The notes beneath the pieces are model-generated. The model was given only the letters and a program-made list of their open reading frames with translations, ran no database searches and was not told the origin of the DNA. Below, piece after piece: positions 48,156-56,821 of a DNA stretch of 64,000 nucleotides. Origin of the DNA: an uncultured Candidatus Rokubacteria bacterium (GTDB taxonomy: Bacteria > Methylomirabilota > Methylomirabilia > Rokubacteriales > CSP1-6); contig CAVYTA010000006.1 in NCBI GenBank assembly GCA_963771355.1, forward strand, positions 1,504,001 to 1,568,000, written 5' to 3'. The position numbers and the translations under genes were made by a program. Each line of letters opens with the position of its first letter. Position 1 is the first letter of the stretch.

Positions 48156-48761
48156 TCAGAGCCGCGAGGCCACCGCGGCGCGAACTCGGTCGGCCAGCTC
48201 GCGCGCGGCGTGGCGAAGGTCACCGCCGTCGCCGGACGGGGTGATCACGGGATGAAACACGATGGTGAGGCGTCCGGGACGCGGCAGGAGGCGGCCGGGA
48301 GGCCAGGATTCGTGACCACCGACAATGGTGACCGGCAAGATGGGCACGCGGCGAGCGCAGGCCAGCCGGAAGGCCCCCAGCTTGAAGCGCTGGAGCGTCC
48401 CGTCGGGACTTCGCGCGGCTTCCGGGAATATCATCACCACATGCCCATCGTCCAGCAGCCTCACCGCCGCGCGCGTGGCGCGGGGATCGGAGGCTTCGAT
48501 GTCCACGGGAAACGCGCGCAGCCGGCGGATGAGCCAGGCGAGCCCCGGGATGTCGAAGAGACGGTCCCAGGCCATGTAATGGATGGGCCGCCGGAAGGGA
48601 ATGCTCACCAGCGGAGGGTCGGCGAACGTCACGTGATTGGGCGTGATGAGGAGCGGGCCCTCCGGCGGGATATGCTCGGTCCCCTCGAAGCGGATCCGGA
48701 AGAACAGCCGCGCGCTGGCCCACACCGCCGGGCGAAACACGTCAAGGACAGGCGTCCGCAC
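48156..48761 (-). CDS. plsC: 1-acyl-sn-glycerol-3-phosphate acyltransferase
   Basis: NHVTFAD, IFPEAARS; start approximate. Confidence 0.88.
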   Translation of the reverse strand: MRTPVLDVFRPAVWASARLFFRIRFEGTEHIPPEGPLLITPNHVTFADPPLVSIPFRRPIHYMAWDRLFDIPGLAWLIRRLRAFPVDIEASDPRATRAAVRLLDDGHVVMIFPEAARSPDGTLQRFKLGAFRLACARRVPILPVTIVGGHESWPPGRLLPRPGRLTIVFHPVITPSGDGGDLRHAARELADRVRAAVASRL

Positions 48762-48796
48762 GTCCCGATAGTGCCACGGAGTCGCGGAACGGGACA

Positions 48797-49537
48797 ATGA
48801 CGGTTCCCGTCCCCCTGGTGATCGCCCACCGGGGCGCCTCGGCGGCGGCGCCGGAGAACACCATCGCCGCCTTCGAGCGCGCGCTCACGGACGGCGCCGA
48901 CGCCATCCAGCTCGACGTCCACCTCTCGCGCGACGACCATCCCGTGGTCATCCACGACCCGACCCTCGAGCGCACCACCAATGGATCGGGGCCGGTGCGC
49001 GGCCATACGATGCGCGAGCTCAAGCGGCTCGACGCGGGAGCCTGGCGCGGAGCCGCCTTTGCCGGCCAGCGACTGCAGACTCTCCAGGAGGTGCTGGAGC
49101 GCTTCCGCGGACGGACAAAGTTCTGGATCGAGCTGAAAGGAGGCCCGGATCTCTACCCGGACGTCGAAGAGCGCATCGTGGGGCTCCTGGAGGTCTACGA
49201 CGTCATCGACGAGGCGCTGGTGCAAACGTTCGATCCCGCGGCGCTCGCGCGCCTCCGGGCCTTTTCCAGGGAGCTGAGCCTGGGAGCCATGCTGGCCCGG
49301 GCCCCGCTGGACGTGGAGCGGGATGTGCCCCCGGCTGCGAGCGCGGTCTGTCCTTCGGCGGAGATCCTGGGGCCGCCGGAGCGCGAGGCGATTCGCCGCT
49401 CGGGGCGGCAATGCCATGTCTGGACAGTCAACGAGCCGGCCCTGATGGACCGGCTCGTCGATTGGTCGGTGGACGGGATCATCACGGACCGGCCGGATCT
49501 GCTCCGGGCCCGTCTCCAGGCCCGAAGCCCCGGCTGA
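48797..49537 (+). CDS. glycerophosphodiester phosphodiesterase
   Basis: IAHRG, PENT, HDPTLERTT, IELK, WTVN, GIITDRP. Confidence 0.93.
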   Translation: MTVPVPLVIAHRGASAAAPENTIAAFERALTDGADAIQLDVHLSRDDHPVVIHDPTLERTTNGSGPVRGHTMRELKRLDAGAWRGAAFAGQRLQTLQEVLERFRGRTKFWIELKGGPDLYPDVEERIVGLLEVYDVIDEALVQTFDPAALARLRAFSRELSLGAMLARAPLDVERDVPPAASAVCPSAEILGPPEREAIRRSGRQCHVWTVNEPALMDRLVDWSVDGIITDRPDLLRARLQARSPG

Positions 49538-49547
49538 TCCGCGCTAG

Positions 49548-49955
49548 CTAGTCGTCGTCGCCGTCTTCACCGCGAACGGGGCCCCCCACCGGCTGGAGGC
49601 GCTTCGACCGCTCGAGGCGGTCCTGGCAGCGCACGCACGTGGTGACCTCGGGCATGGCCCGGAGCCGCGCCGGCGCGATGGGCTCCTCGCACTCCTGGCA
49701 GGTTCCATAGTCGCCGCCGCGCAGCCGCTCGAGCGCCTCGGCGAGCTTGTTGGCCCGCTCGACGAGCATGCTCCGGGTGGCGAAGCTCATCTCACGATCC
49801 TCGTTCAGCTGGATCAGATCCACCTCATCGGCCAAGGGGGTGTTGTCCCCGAACACGCCGGGGAACTCCTCGAACACCACCGCTCCGCCCATCCGGCGAA
49901 TCCGGCTGACGGTTGAACTCAGCTCGGTCTCAAGCCGCTTCTTGATCTCGTCCAT
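49548..49955 (-). CDS. TraR/DksA C4-type zinc finger protein
   Basis: DEVD at the coiled-coil tip; YGTCQECEEPIAPARLRAMP..TTCVRCQ. Confidence 0.92.
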   Translation of the reverse strand: MDEIKKRLETELSSTVSRIRRMGGAVVFEEFPGVFGDNTPLADEVDLIQLNEDREMSFATRSMLVERANKLAEALERLRGGDYGTCQECEEPIAPARLRAMPEVTTCVRCQDRLERSKRLQPVGGPVRGEDGDDD

Positions 49956-50011
49956 CTCTCTATCCTCCTGGGTATCGGGTCTTTACCCGTCCCTGCGTTG
50001 GCCATGGGGAA

Positions 50012-50027
50012 TGCAAGCGGCATGCCC
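50012..50027 (-). promoter_or_regulatory. sigma-54 promoter of the DksA-like gene
   Basis: GGGCAT-GCCGC-TTGCA with GG/GC 12 bp apart. Confidence 0.55.
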
Positions 50028-50188
50028 GGATTCTCGAAGCTTGGACTCCCCGTAAGGCTTCGATATTCAAGATTACCCCCAGGGCAAAAGGGATTCAGGA
50101 GGGCGAATTTCCTACCTGGATCAGGGAGAAATCCCCCTGAGCTGCCAAACTTTGTGGCCGGAACGACTCCCCGGTCGATCGGTAGCGG

Positions 50189-51685
50189 TCAGGGGCGGCG
50201 AAGTCGCTCCAGGGCCGTGAGGAGTTCCCCTAAGGTGGAGATACCCCGGCGCCCAAGGAGTTCGAGCAGCCGGACAAGCACCTCAGCTGTGGCCAGAGCG
50301 TCGCCCAAAGCCGAATGGCGGGCAAGTATGGTCACACCCAGCCGTTCACTCACCGCCTCGAGTGAGTGCGACACGTCCGAGCCATGGACGAGAATCGAGA
50401 TCAGCCGAGTATCGAGCACGGTGCGGTTCCCGGCCAGACGAGGCAGTCCGAGTCGTAGAGCCTCCGCCTCGAGAAACTCCAGGTCGAAAACGATCTCGTG
50501 GCCGACCAGCGGCGCCTCCCCGGCGTACCGGAGGAACGCCGGCAGGACCTCCTCCATCGGCGGGGCGGCGGCCACCATCGCGTCGGTGATGCCGTGGAAG
50601 CGCGTGCTGGCAGCCGGGATCGGGCGCCCTGGATGGATCAGCGCGTCGAAAGCTTCGTGCGCCCGCACCGTTCCCCCGCCCACTCTCACGGCCGCCAGCG
50701 AAACCACTCGATGGCCCTCCTGGAGGCGAAGCCCGGTGGTCTCGGTATCGAGCACCACGAACGTGAGGTCGGCGAGCCGTCGGGCGCGGCCGGCGGCGCC
50801 GGCTTCCCGCGCGACGGTATCGAAGTAAGAGAAGTCATACAGTAGCGGGCGGGGAGGTCCGGGCTCGCTGGCTCCGACCCCCGAGGTCAGTCCCGCCGCC
50901 GGCCGCCGGGGCGCGTCCACGCCCGGCACGGTTGCGGGCGCTCCCTCTGCGGAGCGCGCGGGATCGCGAATGGCAAGGATCAGCCCGATCACGTGCGCAT
51001 CGGCATTCGTGAGCGGCGTGACCCCCGCCTCGAGCAGTCCTTTCCCGCGCCGCTCCAGCCCGACCCGGCCGGACACGGGCTCGCCGCGCTTCACCCGCTC
51101 GAGCAGACCGGCCACGGGCTCGGGCTCGACGAGGTCGAGGAGCGAGCGGCCCAGCAAGGGCGCGCTCCCGACGAGTAGCTCGCTGGCCACGCGATTGGCC
51201 AGGGTGATCCGCCCATCGCCCGTCACCGCCACCACGCCCTCGTCCAGGTCGGCGAGTATGGCGGCGAGTCGGGCCCGCTCCTCCGCGAAGGCGCGCGTCG
51301 CCCGGAGCCCCTCGAGGTCCAGTGCACGCCGCGCTGCGGTCAACCGGTCGCCGAGGCGGTTGACCTCCTCCGCGAGGGCTTCCAGCTCATCCCCGGTCTG
51401 GAGCGCGATGCGGTGGTCCGGATTCACGGTGGCGATGAGCTCGGCTCCCCGCCGAATAGCGTGGAGATGACCTACGAGCGCACGGCCGAGCCCATGGGCG
51501 ACGAGAGCCAGGTAGCCCATTAGCGTCAATCCACCGATCGCGAGCGTGAGGGCCAGCGTAACAGGGTCCGCGAGCACCCCACGCCGGTAGAGAAGGTACA
51601 GCGCGGCGGCCGCGACCACGGTGGGCAGGGCGAAAAGCGCGAGGACGCCCGCGAGCAGCCGCCTTTCGAGGCTTCGACGTGCCAT
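50189..51685 (-). CDS. membrane-anchored HAMP-PAS-DEDDh exonuclease (DnaQ-like) fusion
   Basis: 2 TM; HAMP (TGDELEALAEEVN); PAS (EGVVAV..DGRITLAN); DTETTG, GH...FD, HSALGDA. Confidence 0.88.
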   Translation of the reverse strand: MARRSLERRLLAGVLALFALPTVVAAAALYLLYRRGVLADPVTLALTLAIGGLTLMGYLALVAHGLGRALVGHLHAIRRGAELIATVNPDHRIALQTGDELEALAEEVNRLGDRLTAARRALDLEGLRATRAFAEERARLAAILADLDEGVVAVTGDGRITLANRVASELLVGSAPLLGRSLLDLVEPEPVAGLLERVKRGEPVSGRVGLERRGKGLLEAGVTPLTNADAHVIGLILAIRDPARSAEGAPATVPGVDAPRRPAAGLTSGVGASEPGPPRPLLYDFSYFDTVAREAGAAGRARRLADLTFVVLDTETTGLRLQEGHRVVSLAAVRVGGGTVRAHEAFDALIHPGRPIPAASTRFHGITDAMVAAAPPMEEVLPAFLRYAGEAPLVGHEIVFDLEFLEAEALRLGLPRLAGNRTVLDTRLISILVHGSDVSHSLEAVSERLGVTILARHSALGDALATAEVLVRLLELLGRRGISTLGELLTALERLRRP

Positions 51686-51693
51686 GGGACGAT

Positions 51694-53190
51694 TCAGCTC
51701 ACGAGGTTGGTCTGGAAGCGGTCCTCGAGCATCCGCTGCAGCCAGCCCACCGTCTTGAAGGCCTCCTTGAGAAGGAGACGGTCCGACTTGCCGAGCCGGC
51801 CGGGATCGATCCAGTTGTCCGGGTCGAGCCCGGCGTCGAGCTGCTCGAGCTGATGTCCAAGCCGCAGCCGCGAGACGACCTCGAAGGCCTGGCGGAGATC
51901 ACGGGCCTCCTCGACCCTGATGGCTCCGCGAGCCTCCGCGGCGGCCAGGCGGTCGAGTGTGCTGGTCTCGGGAACGCCGAGCGAAAGCGCGTAAACCCGA
52001 AGAGCCTGGGTGACGGGGAAGATGGCGCCCGCCTTGAGGTCCAGCCGGCCCCGGAGCGGGCCGGACCGCGACACGGCGAAGCCTCCGAGCAGACCCAGCG
52101 GCGGCCGGCGCTCCAGCGCGTCCCGCGCCATGAAGCTGAGGAACAAGTGCGCGGAGGGGGCGCGTTCGCACAACCAGCTCCGCAGAGTCCCCGCGAGCGC
52201 CTCGTCGCCGGCCAAGGGGCGGAGATCGCAGTACAGCGAGGCAAAGAGGAGGCGCTTGGGCTCCGGCGTGTCGATCCAGTCGGCGAACTCCCCGAGCCAG
52301 GAAGACAGGGGGCGACGCCAGCGGGGATTCGACGCCATGAACCCGCCGGGACAGGGCGGAAAACCGAGGCGGGCCAAGGCGGCTTCCGCCGCCTCAGCGA
52401 ATCGCGTGAAATACGCTTCCGTGTTCCCCACGCGGTCGGGCGCCGGATCCGCATAGACGAGTCCATTGTCCTGGTCGGTTCGGAGCGTCTGCTCGCGCCG
52501 TCCCTCGCTCCCCACCGCCAGCCACGCGTACGCCACCGGCGGACGGCCGACCCCCTCCCGTTCCAGCGCCGCCTCGACGAGCGCGAGCGTGCGGCGAACG
52601 AGACGGTCGTTGAGCTCGGCGATGATACGACCGATTTCCACGGCGCCCACGCTCACGCCCGCGAGCCAGCCCACCACACGCTGGAGCCGCGGCGCCGTTG
52701 CGATCAGCGCATCCAGCGACTCGGCGGTGTCGATTTCGCGCGCGAGACCCACCGGGTGCGCGGCCTGGAGGCCCAGCAGGTCGTGACTCGACACGACGCC
52801 GATGAGTCGCCCTTCCTCGACCACTCCCAGGTGATGGAAGCCGCCACGCGTCATCTCAAGCAAGGCCTCGAAAGCCCGGACCGCCGGGCCGACGGACCGC
52901 AGCGGCGAGGACATGATCCCCGCCACCGGAGTGTCCCCGGGTAGCCTCCGGGCGACCACACGACTCCGCAGATCGCGGTCCGTCACGATGCCGAGGGGGG
53001 CTCCGGTGGCATCGGCGATCACGACGGAGCCGATGTCACGCTCCGTCATGAGGCGGGCTGCCTCGGAGACGGGCGTCGCCGGGGCGCAGGTCACGGGCGG
53101 CCCCTTGATGAGGTCGCGGGCGCTCCGCACGAACAGGGGCAGGTCGCCCCGCGCGCCGCCCAGACTGTCGAGCCCGGGCGGGCCGCTCAC
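51694..53190 (-). CDS. CBS-pair plus DUF294 (GlnD/GlnE-like) nucleotidyltransferase
   Basis: GIVTDRDLR; GSEGRREQTLRTDQDNGL; CPGGFMASNPRW; LDLK. Confidence 0.92.
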   Translation of the reverse strand: MSGPPGLDSLGGARGDLPLFVRSARDLIKGPPVTCAPATPVSEAARLMTERDIGSVVIADATGAPLGIVTDRDLRSRVVARRLPGDTPVAGIMSSPLRSVGPAVRAFEALLEMTRGGFHHLGVVEEGRLIGVVSSHDLLGLQAAHPVGLAREIDTAESLDALIATAPRLQRVVGWLAGVSVGAVEIGRIIAELNDRLVRRTLALVEAALEREGVGRPPVAYAWLAVGSEGRREQTLRTDQDNGLVYADPAPDRVGNTEAYFTRFAEAAEAALARLGFPPCPGGFMASNPRWRRPLSSWLGEFADWIDTPEPKRLLFASLYCDLRPLAGDEALAGTLRSWLCERAPSAHLFLSFMARDALERRPPLGLLGGFAVSRSGPLRGRLDLKAGAIFPVTQALRVYALSLGVPETSTLDRLAAAEARGAIRVEEARDLRQAFEVVSRLRLGHQLEQLDAGLDPDNWIDPGRLGKSDRLLLKEAFKTVGWLQRMLEDRFQTNLVS

Positions 53191-53627
53191 ACGGTAGGCG
53201 GACCGCTCCGCCCGCGAAGCCGCGCGGCGAGCGCGGAGAGCACCAGGTAGGTCGCGCCGGAGAGGTTGGCCAGCGCCACGAGCGCGAGGGCCGTGATGAG
53301 GAGCACCATGATCCGACCGACCAGGTGGTCGGCGCCCGCTTCGGGAGGCAGCTGCGGCCGCACGGCGAAGAAGGGGGTCAGGACGGCGACGGGGGCCAGC
53401 ACCACGGTAAGGACCAGCGCAAAGGCGGCGCGTCCCGTGCGCTCGAGAGGCGACTTCGTGAGACTTCCGCGCCGCTCGATCCGCACCCAGAGGGCGACCG
53501 TCACCCCAAAGGCCAGGACGAGGCTCGCGAGAAATGCGCCCTGAGACAGCCAGCGCAATGCCGCCGCTCCATAGGCGCCCACGAAGAGCCCGACGCCGAG
53601 CGCATTGATCGCAGCCAGGACCAGCAC
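53187..53627 (-). CDS. hypothetical membrane protein
   Basis: 4 hydrophobic segments; GTGA overlap with the DUF294 gene. Confidence 0.65.
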   Translation of the reverse strand: MLVLAAINALGVGLFVGAYGAAALRWLSQGAFLASLVLAFGVTVALWVRIERRGSLTKSPLERTGRAAFALVLTVVLAPVAVLTPFFAVRPQLPPEAGADHLVGRIMVLLITALALVALANLSGATYLVLSALAARLRGRSGPPTV

Positions 53628-53636
53628 GTCTCTAGA

Positions 53637-53927
53637 CTAGCCCAGGTTCGGGCCGCCCCAGCTCCCGAGGAAAAGCCGCATCCCGAACCAGATAACAGCG
53701 TAGAGCCCCAGTGCCAGCCAGCGGAGCCGGGTCTCGGATGTTCCATTCGGCACCAGCTTCCGGATGGGCCAGATCAGGGGGCGGGTCACCACCCCGAAGA
53801 ACCAGAGGAGCCGGCTCTCGGGCTTCCGGCTGAACCGTGCCACCAGGATGTGAAGGACCAGATAGACGCTTGCCGTGTAGGCGAGAAACCAGAGAAGCAC
53901 GGACAGCCGATAGATGAGGTCGCTCAT
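53637..53927 (-). CDS. small membrane protein (YggT-like)
   Basis: 2 TM segments flanking FFGVVTRPLIWPIRKLVP. Confidence 0.65.
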   Translation of the reverse strand: MSDLIYRLSVLLWFLAYTASVYLVLHILVARFSRKPESRLLWFFGVVTRPLIWPIRKLVPNGTSETRLRWLALGLYAVIWFGMRLFLGSWGGPNLG

Positions 53928-53982
53928 GGGGCACGCGGGGGCGGAGAGGCAAGCCTCCCCGCCCCCGCTCACTTCCCGACGC

Positions 53983-55905
53983 TCAGTGCTGGCCCAGCCC
54001 GATGCCCTGCGCGGACCGCGCGGTGGCCTGGCCGGACTTCGGATAGCGCACCGACACCACGAGGTCCTGGACGGACTTCGGCGGAGGCGCGGTGAGCAGC
54101 GAGACGATCCAGATGGTGAGGAATCCCGCCGGCAGCCCGAAGATGGCCGACGCGATGGTGAGCGTCCCGTACCACTGCAGGCCGTAGAAGCGGCTGCCGA
54201 TCATGTAAAAGGTGGTCACGCCGAGACCGACGATCATGCCGGCGACGGCGCCCGCCTTGTTCGCCCGCTTCCACCAGATGCCCATGACCAGCGCCGGGAA
54301 GAACGAGGCTCCGGCGAGGCTGAACGCCCAGGCCACCAGCTCGACGATGAGAGAGAGCCGGAACGTGGCCACCCACGCCGAGATCAGCGCGGTGACGATG
54401 AGGAGCACCTTGGTGATGGTGAGCCGCTTGGTGAGGGACGCCGAGGGGTCGATGACGTTGTAGTAGAGGTCGTGCGAGATGGCATTGGCGATGGTGAGCA
54501 GCAGGCCGTCCGCGGTGCTGAGGGCCGCGGCGAGGCCCCCCGCCATGACCAGCCCGGTGATCACGAAGGGCAGTCCGGCGATCTCCGGTGTGGCGAGCAC
54601 GACGAAGTCCGTGCTCTTCACGACGAAGTCCGCCCACTGCACGATGCCGTCTCCGTTCTTGTCCACGACGTCGAAGAGGCCGGCGGGCTTCCAGAGGGTC
54701 ACCCACCGCGGCAGCTCGGCGACCTTGCTACCGACGAGCTTGGCGTAGATCGCGAACCGCGCGAAGGCCGCGTAGGCCGGCGCGGTGAAGTAGAGCAAGA
54801 AGATGAAGAACAGGGACCACGCCACCGAGGTGCGCGCCTGGCGCACCGAAGGCGTGGTGTAGTAGCGCGTGAGGATGTGTGGCAACCCCGCCGTTCCGAC
54901 CATGAGGCAGAAGGTCAGGGCGAGGAAGTTCCACATCCCGATGCCGGTGGGCACAGTCAGGTAGTAGCCGAACTTGGCATCCTCGCTCGGTGCAGGCGGC
55001 CGGGCCTGGGCGAGCGCCGCCGCCCGTACCCCCGTCAGCCTGGCCCGATCCGACTCCGGCAGCGCGGGATCCTTGAGCTTCTCGGTGGCCTCGTCGGCGT
55101 CCTTCTTCCAGAGCGCCCGCGTCTCCTTTTCCTTCGCGTCCTTGGTGATCTCGATGGCGCTGGTGTTGTTTCGCTGGAGCAGCTGGCCGTAGGTGAGCTC
55201 GGGAATCGGGATGGAGAAGATCTGCCACGAGAGGTACACCACCGGCACCAGGTAAGAGATGATGAGGATGATGTACTGGGCCACCTGGGTCCAGGTCACC
55301 GAGCGCATCCCGCCCAGCACGGAGCAGAACAGCACGCCGAGGAGCCCCACGAAGACGCCGACATTGAAGTCGAGCCCGATGAATCGGGAGACGATCAGGC
55401 CCACCCCCGTCACCTGCGCGATCAGGTAGGTGAAGGAGCAGGCGACGGCGGCGATGACGCCGATGATCCGCGCGGCGGTGCCGCCGTAGCGGGCGCCAAG
55501 GAAGTCGGGAATGGTATAGGCACCGAACTGGCGGAGATAGGGGCCGAGGAAGACCGCGAGAAGCAGGTATCCGCCCGTCCAGCCCATGACGTAGGCGAGG
55601 CCGGCAAAGCCCTGGGCGGACAGCGCGCCACCCATCGAGATGAAGGACGCCGCGGACATCCAGTCCGAGCCCGTGGCCATGCCGTTATAGAAGGCGGGCA
55701 CGCCGCGGCCGGCGACGTAGTACTGGTCGGGATTGGAGGTCCGGGTCACGATGCCGATGAACACGTAGATGGCGAGCGAGAGCGCCATGAAGATCCAGCC
55801 GATCCACCGGTTGGGAAGCCCGAAGAAGATCTCGCCGATGCCGATGAGGATGGTGACGGCAAGAAACGCGACGGTATAGATGCCGAAGAGCTTGTCCAGG
55901 CTCAT
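53983..55905 (-). CDS. sodium:solute symporter (ActP-like cation/acetate symporter family)
   Basis: YYVAGR, NGMATGSDWMSAASF, YTIPDF, GTAGLPHIL, AAALSTADGLLL. Confidence 0.95.
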   Translation of the reverse strand: MSLDKLFGIYTVAFLAVTILIGIGEIFFGLPNRWIGWIFMALSLAIYVFIGIVTRTSNPDQYYVAGRGVPAFYNGMATGSDWMSAASFISMGGALSAQGFAGLAYVMGWTGGYLLLAVFLGPYLRQFGAYTIPDFLGARYGGTAARIIGVIAAVACSFTYLIAQVTGVGLIVSRFIGLDFNVGVFVGLLGVLFCSVLGGMRSVTWTQVAQYIILIISYLVPVVYLSWQIFSIPIPELTYGQLLQRNNTSAIEITKDAKEKETRALWKKDADEATEKLKDPALPESDRARLTGVRAAALAQARPPAPSEDAKFGYYLTVPTGIGMWNFLALTFCLMVGTAGLPHILTRYYTTPSVRQARTSVAWSLFFIFLLYFTAPAYAAFARFAIYAKLVGSKVAELPRWVTLWKPAGLFDVVDKNGDGIVQWADFVVKSTDFVVLATPEIAGLPFVITGLVMAGGLAAALSTADGLLLTIANAISHDLYYNVIDPSASLTKRLTITKVLLIVTALISAWVATFRLSLIVELVAWAFSLAGASFFPALVMGIWWKRANKAGAVAGMIVGLGVTTFYMIGSRFYGLQWYGTLTIASAIFGLPAGFLTIWIVSLLTAPPPKSVQDLVVSVRYPKSGQATARSAQGIGLGQH

Positions 55906-55908
55906 GGT

Positions 55909-56178
55909 CTAGGCCTCCTCCTGGATGCCATACTCTTGGTCCTTGGCGTTCATGAGCTTGGCGTAGACGGCGATCTCGATCACGAAGATGGCCAGCGAGC
56001 CCTGGGCCGCCATGTAGTAACCCATGGGGAATCCGAGCACGGTGAACTGGTTGAGCCAGCTCGCCATGATGCCCGAGATGATGTAGGTGACGACGAACCA
56101 GATGACGAGCAGGATCGTCGTCAGCCGGACGTTGTAACTCCAGTATTCCTCTTTCTCTCGTTCGGTCAGATCGGCCAT
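55909..56178 (-). CDS. solute symporter small subunit (DUF4212-like)
   Basis: EYW..N, LGFPMGYYMAAQGS; RBS GGAGGGG; directly upstream of the symporter. Confidence 0.92.
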   Translation of the reverse strand: MADLTEREKEEYWSYNVRLTTILLVIWFVVTYIISGIMASWLNQFTVLGFPMGYYMAAQGSLAIFVIEIAVYAKLMNAKDQEYGIQEEA

Positions 56179-56260
56179 GGTCCCCTCCGTTGGGTGGCAA
56201 TTGGCTGATTGTCCCCGGTATTCCGGGCGACGAGGCGGGGCGGCGGCGCGCGAGGGACGG

Positions 56261-56576
56261 CTAATGGTCTTCGGAGCGAGCCGGCGGGGCTTCAGACCGC
56301 GCGTGGGTCCGAGGACGATCGACCATCCAGTCCTCGGTCGAGCGAGAAGATCGCCCAGCCCGGCTCGGTGCCATCCCCATCTTCCGGTCGGGCTCCACCC
56401 GACCAGATGATGGCAGGCTTGGCAAGCGGCCATGGGCCTCGCCGCGCGTCGACCCGGGCGCGCACGCCTTCCGCGGATGAACCCGCGTCGAAGGTGAACG
56501 CGCCACCGACGAACGGAGTGCCGAAGTCCACCGAAACGAACACGAAGAGCCAGAAGGCGAGCCGACGCGCTCTCAT
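56261..56576 (-). CDS. small hypothetical exported/membrane protein (possible frameshift; in-frame stop at 56292)
   Basis: MRARRLAFWLFVFVSVDFGTPFVGGAFTF...; just downstream of a sigma-54 promoter. Confidence 0.4.
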
Positions 56577-56591
56577 CCGATGTCGAGCATT

Positions 56592-56707
56592 AGCACGGAG
56601 TGTGCCAGGCCCCTCGACCATTCCAACCAGTTAATTTCATGAGCTCGACGCGGCCGTCTGCACACGATCCTTGGTATCCGCACCATGGCGGCTTGGTATC
56701 TCTACCC
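56592..56707 (-). promoter_or_regulatory. sigma-54 promoter with tandem upstream activator boxes
   Basis: TGGCAC-ACTCC-GTGCT (56607..56592); TGGTATCCGCACCA (56672-56685) and TGGTATCTCTACCC (56694-56707), 22 bp apart. Confidence 0.7.
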
Positions 56708-56821
56708 TGACGCAATGAGTCAGGTGCGATCCCAGGAGTCACGCCGCGACATTTTCCGACCGCTCCGCAATGAAGCCAATAGAATGTCGTGGCTCGTGCC
56801 TTTCCTGGAGACGCTCAACTC

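Noticed and set aside
50189..51685. Replicative dnaQ
   Set aside because: TM-HAMP-PAS fusion and transporter-operon context argue against a Pol III epsilon role.
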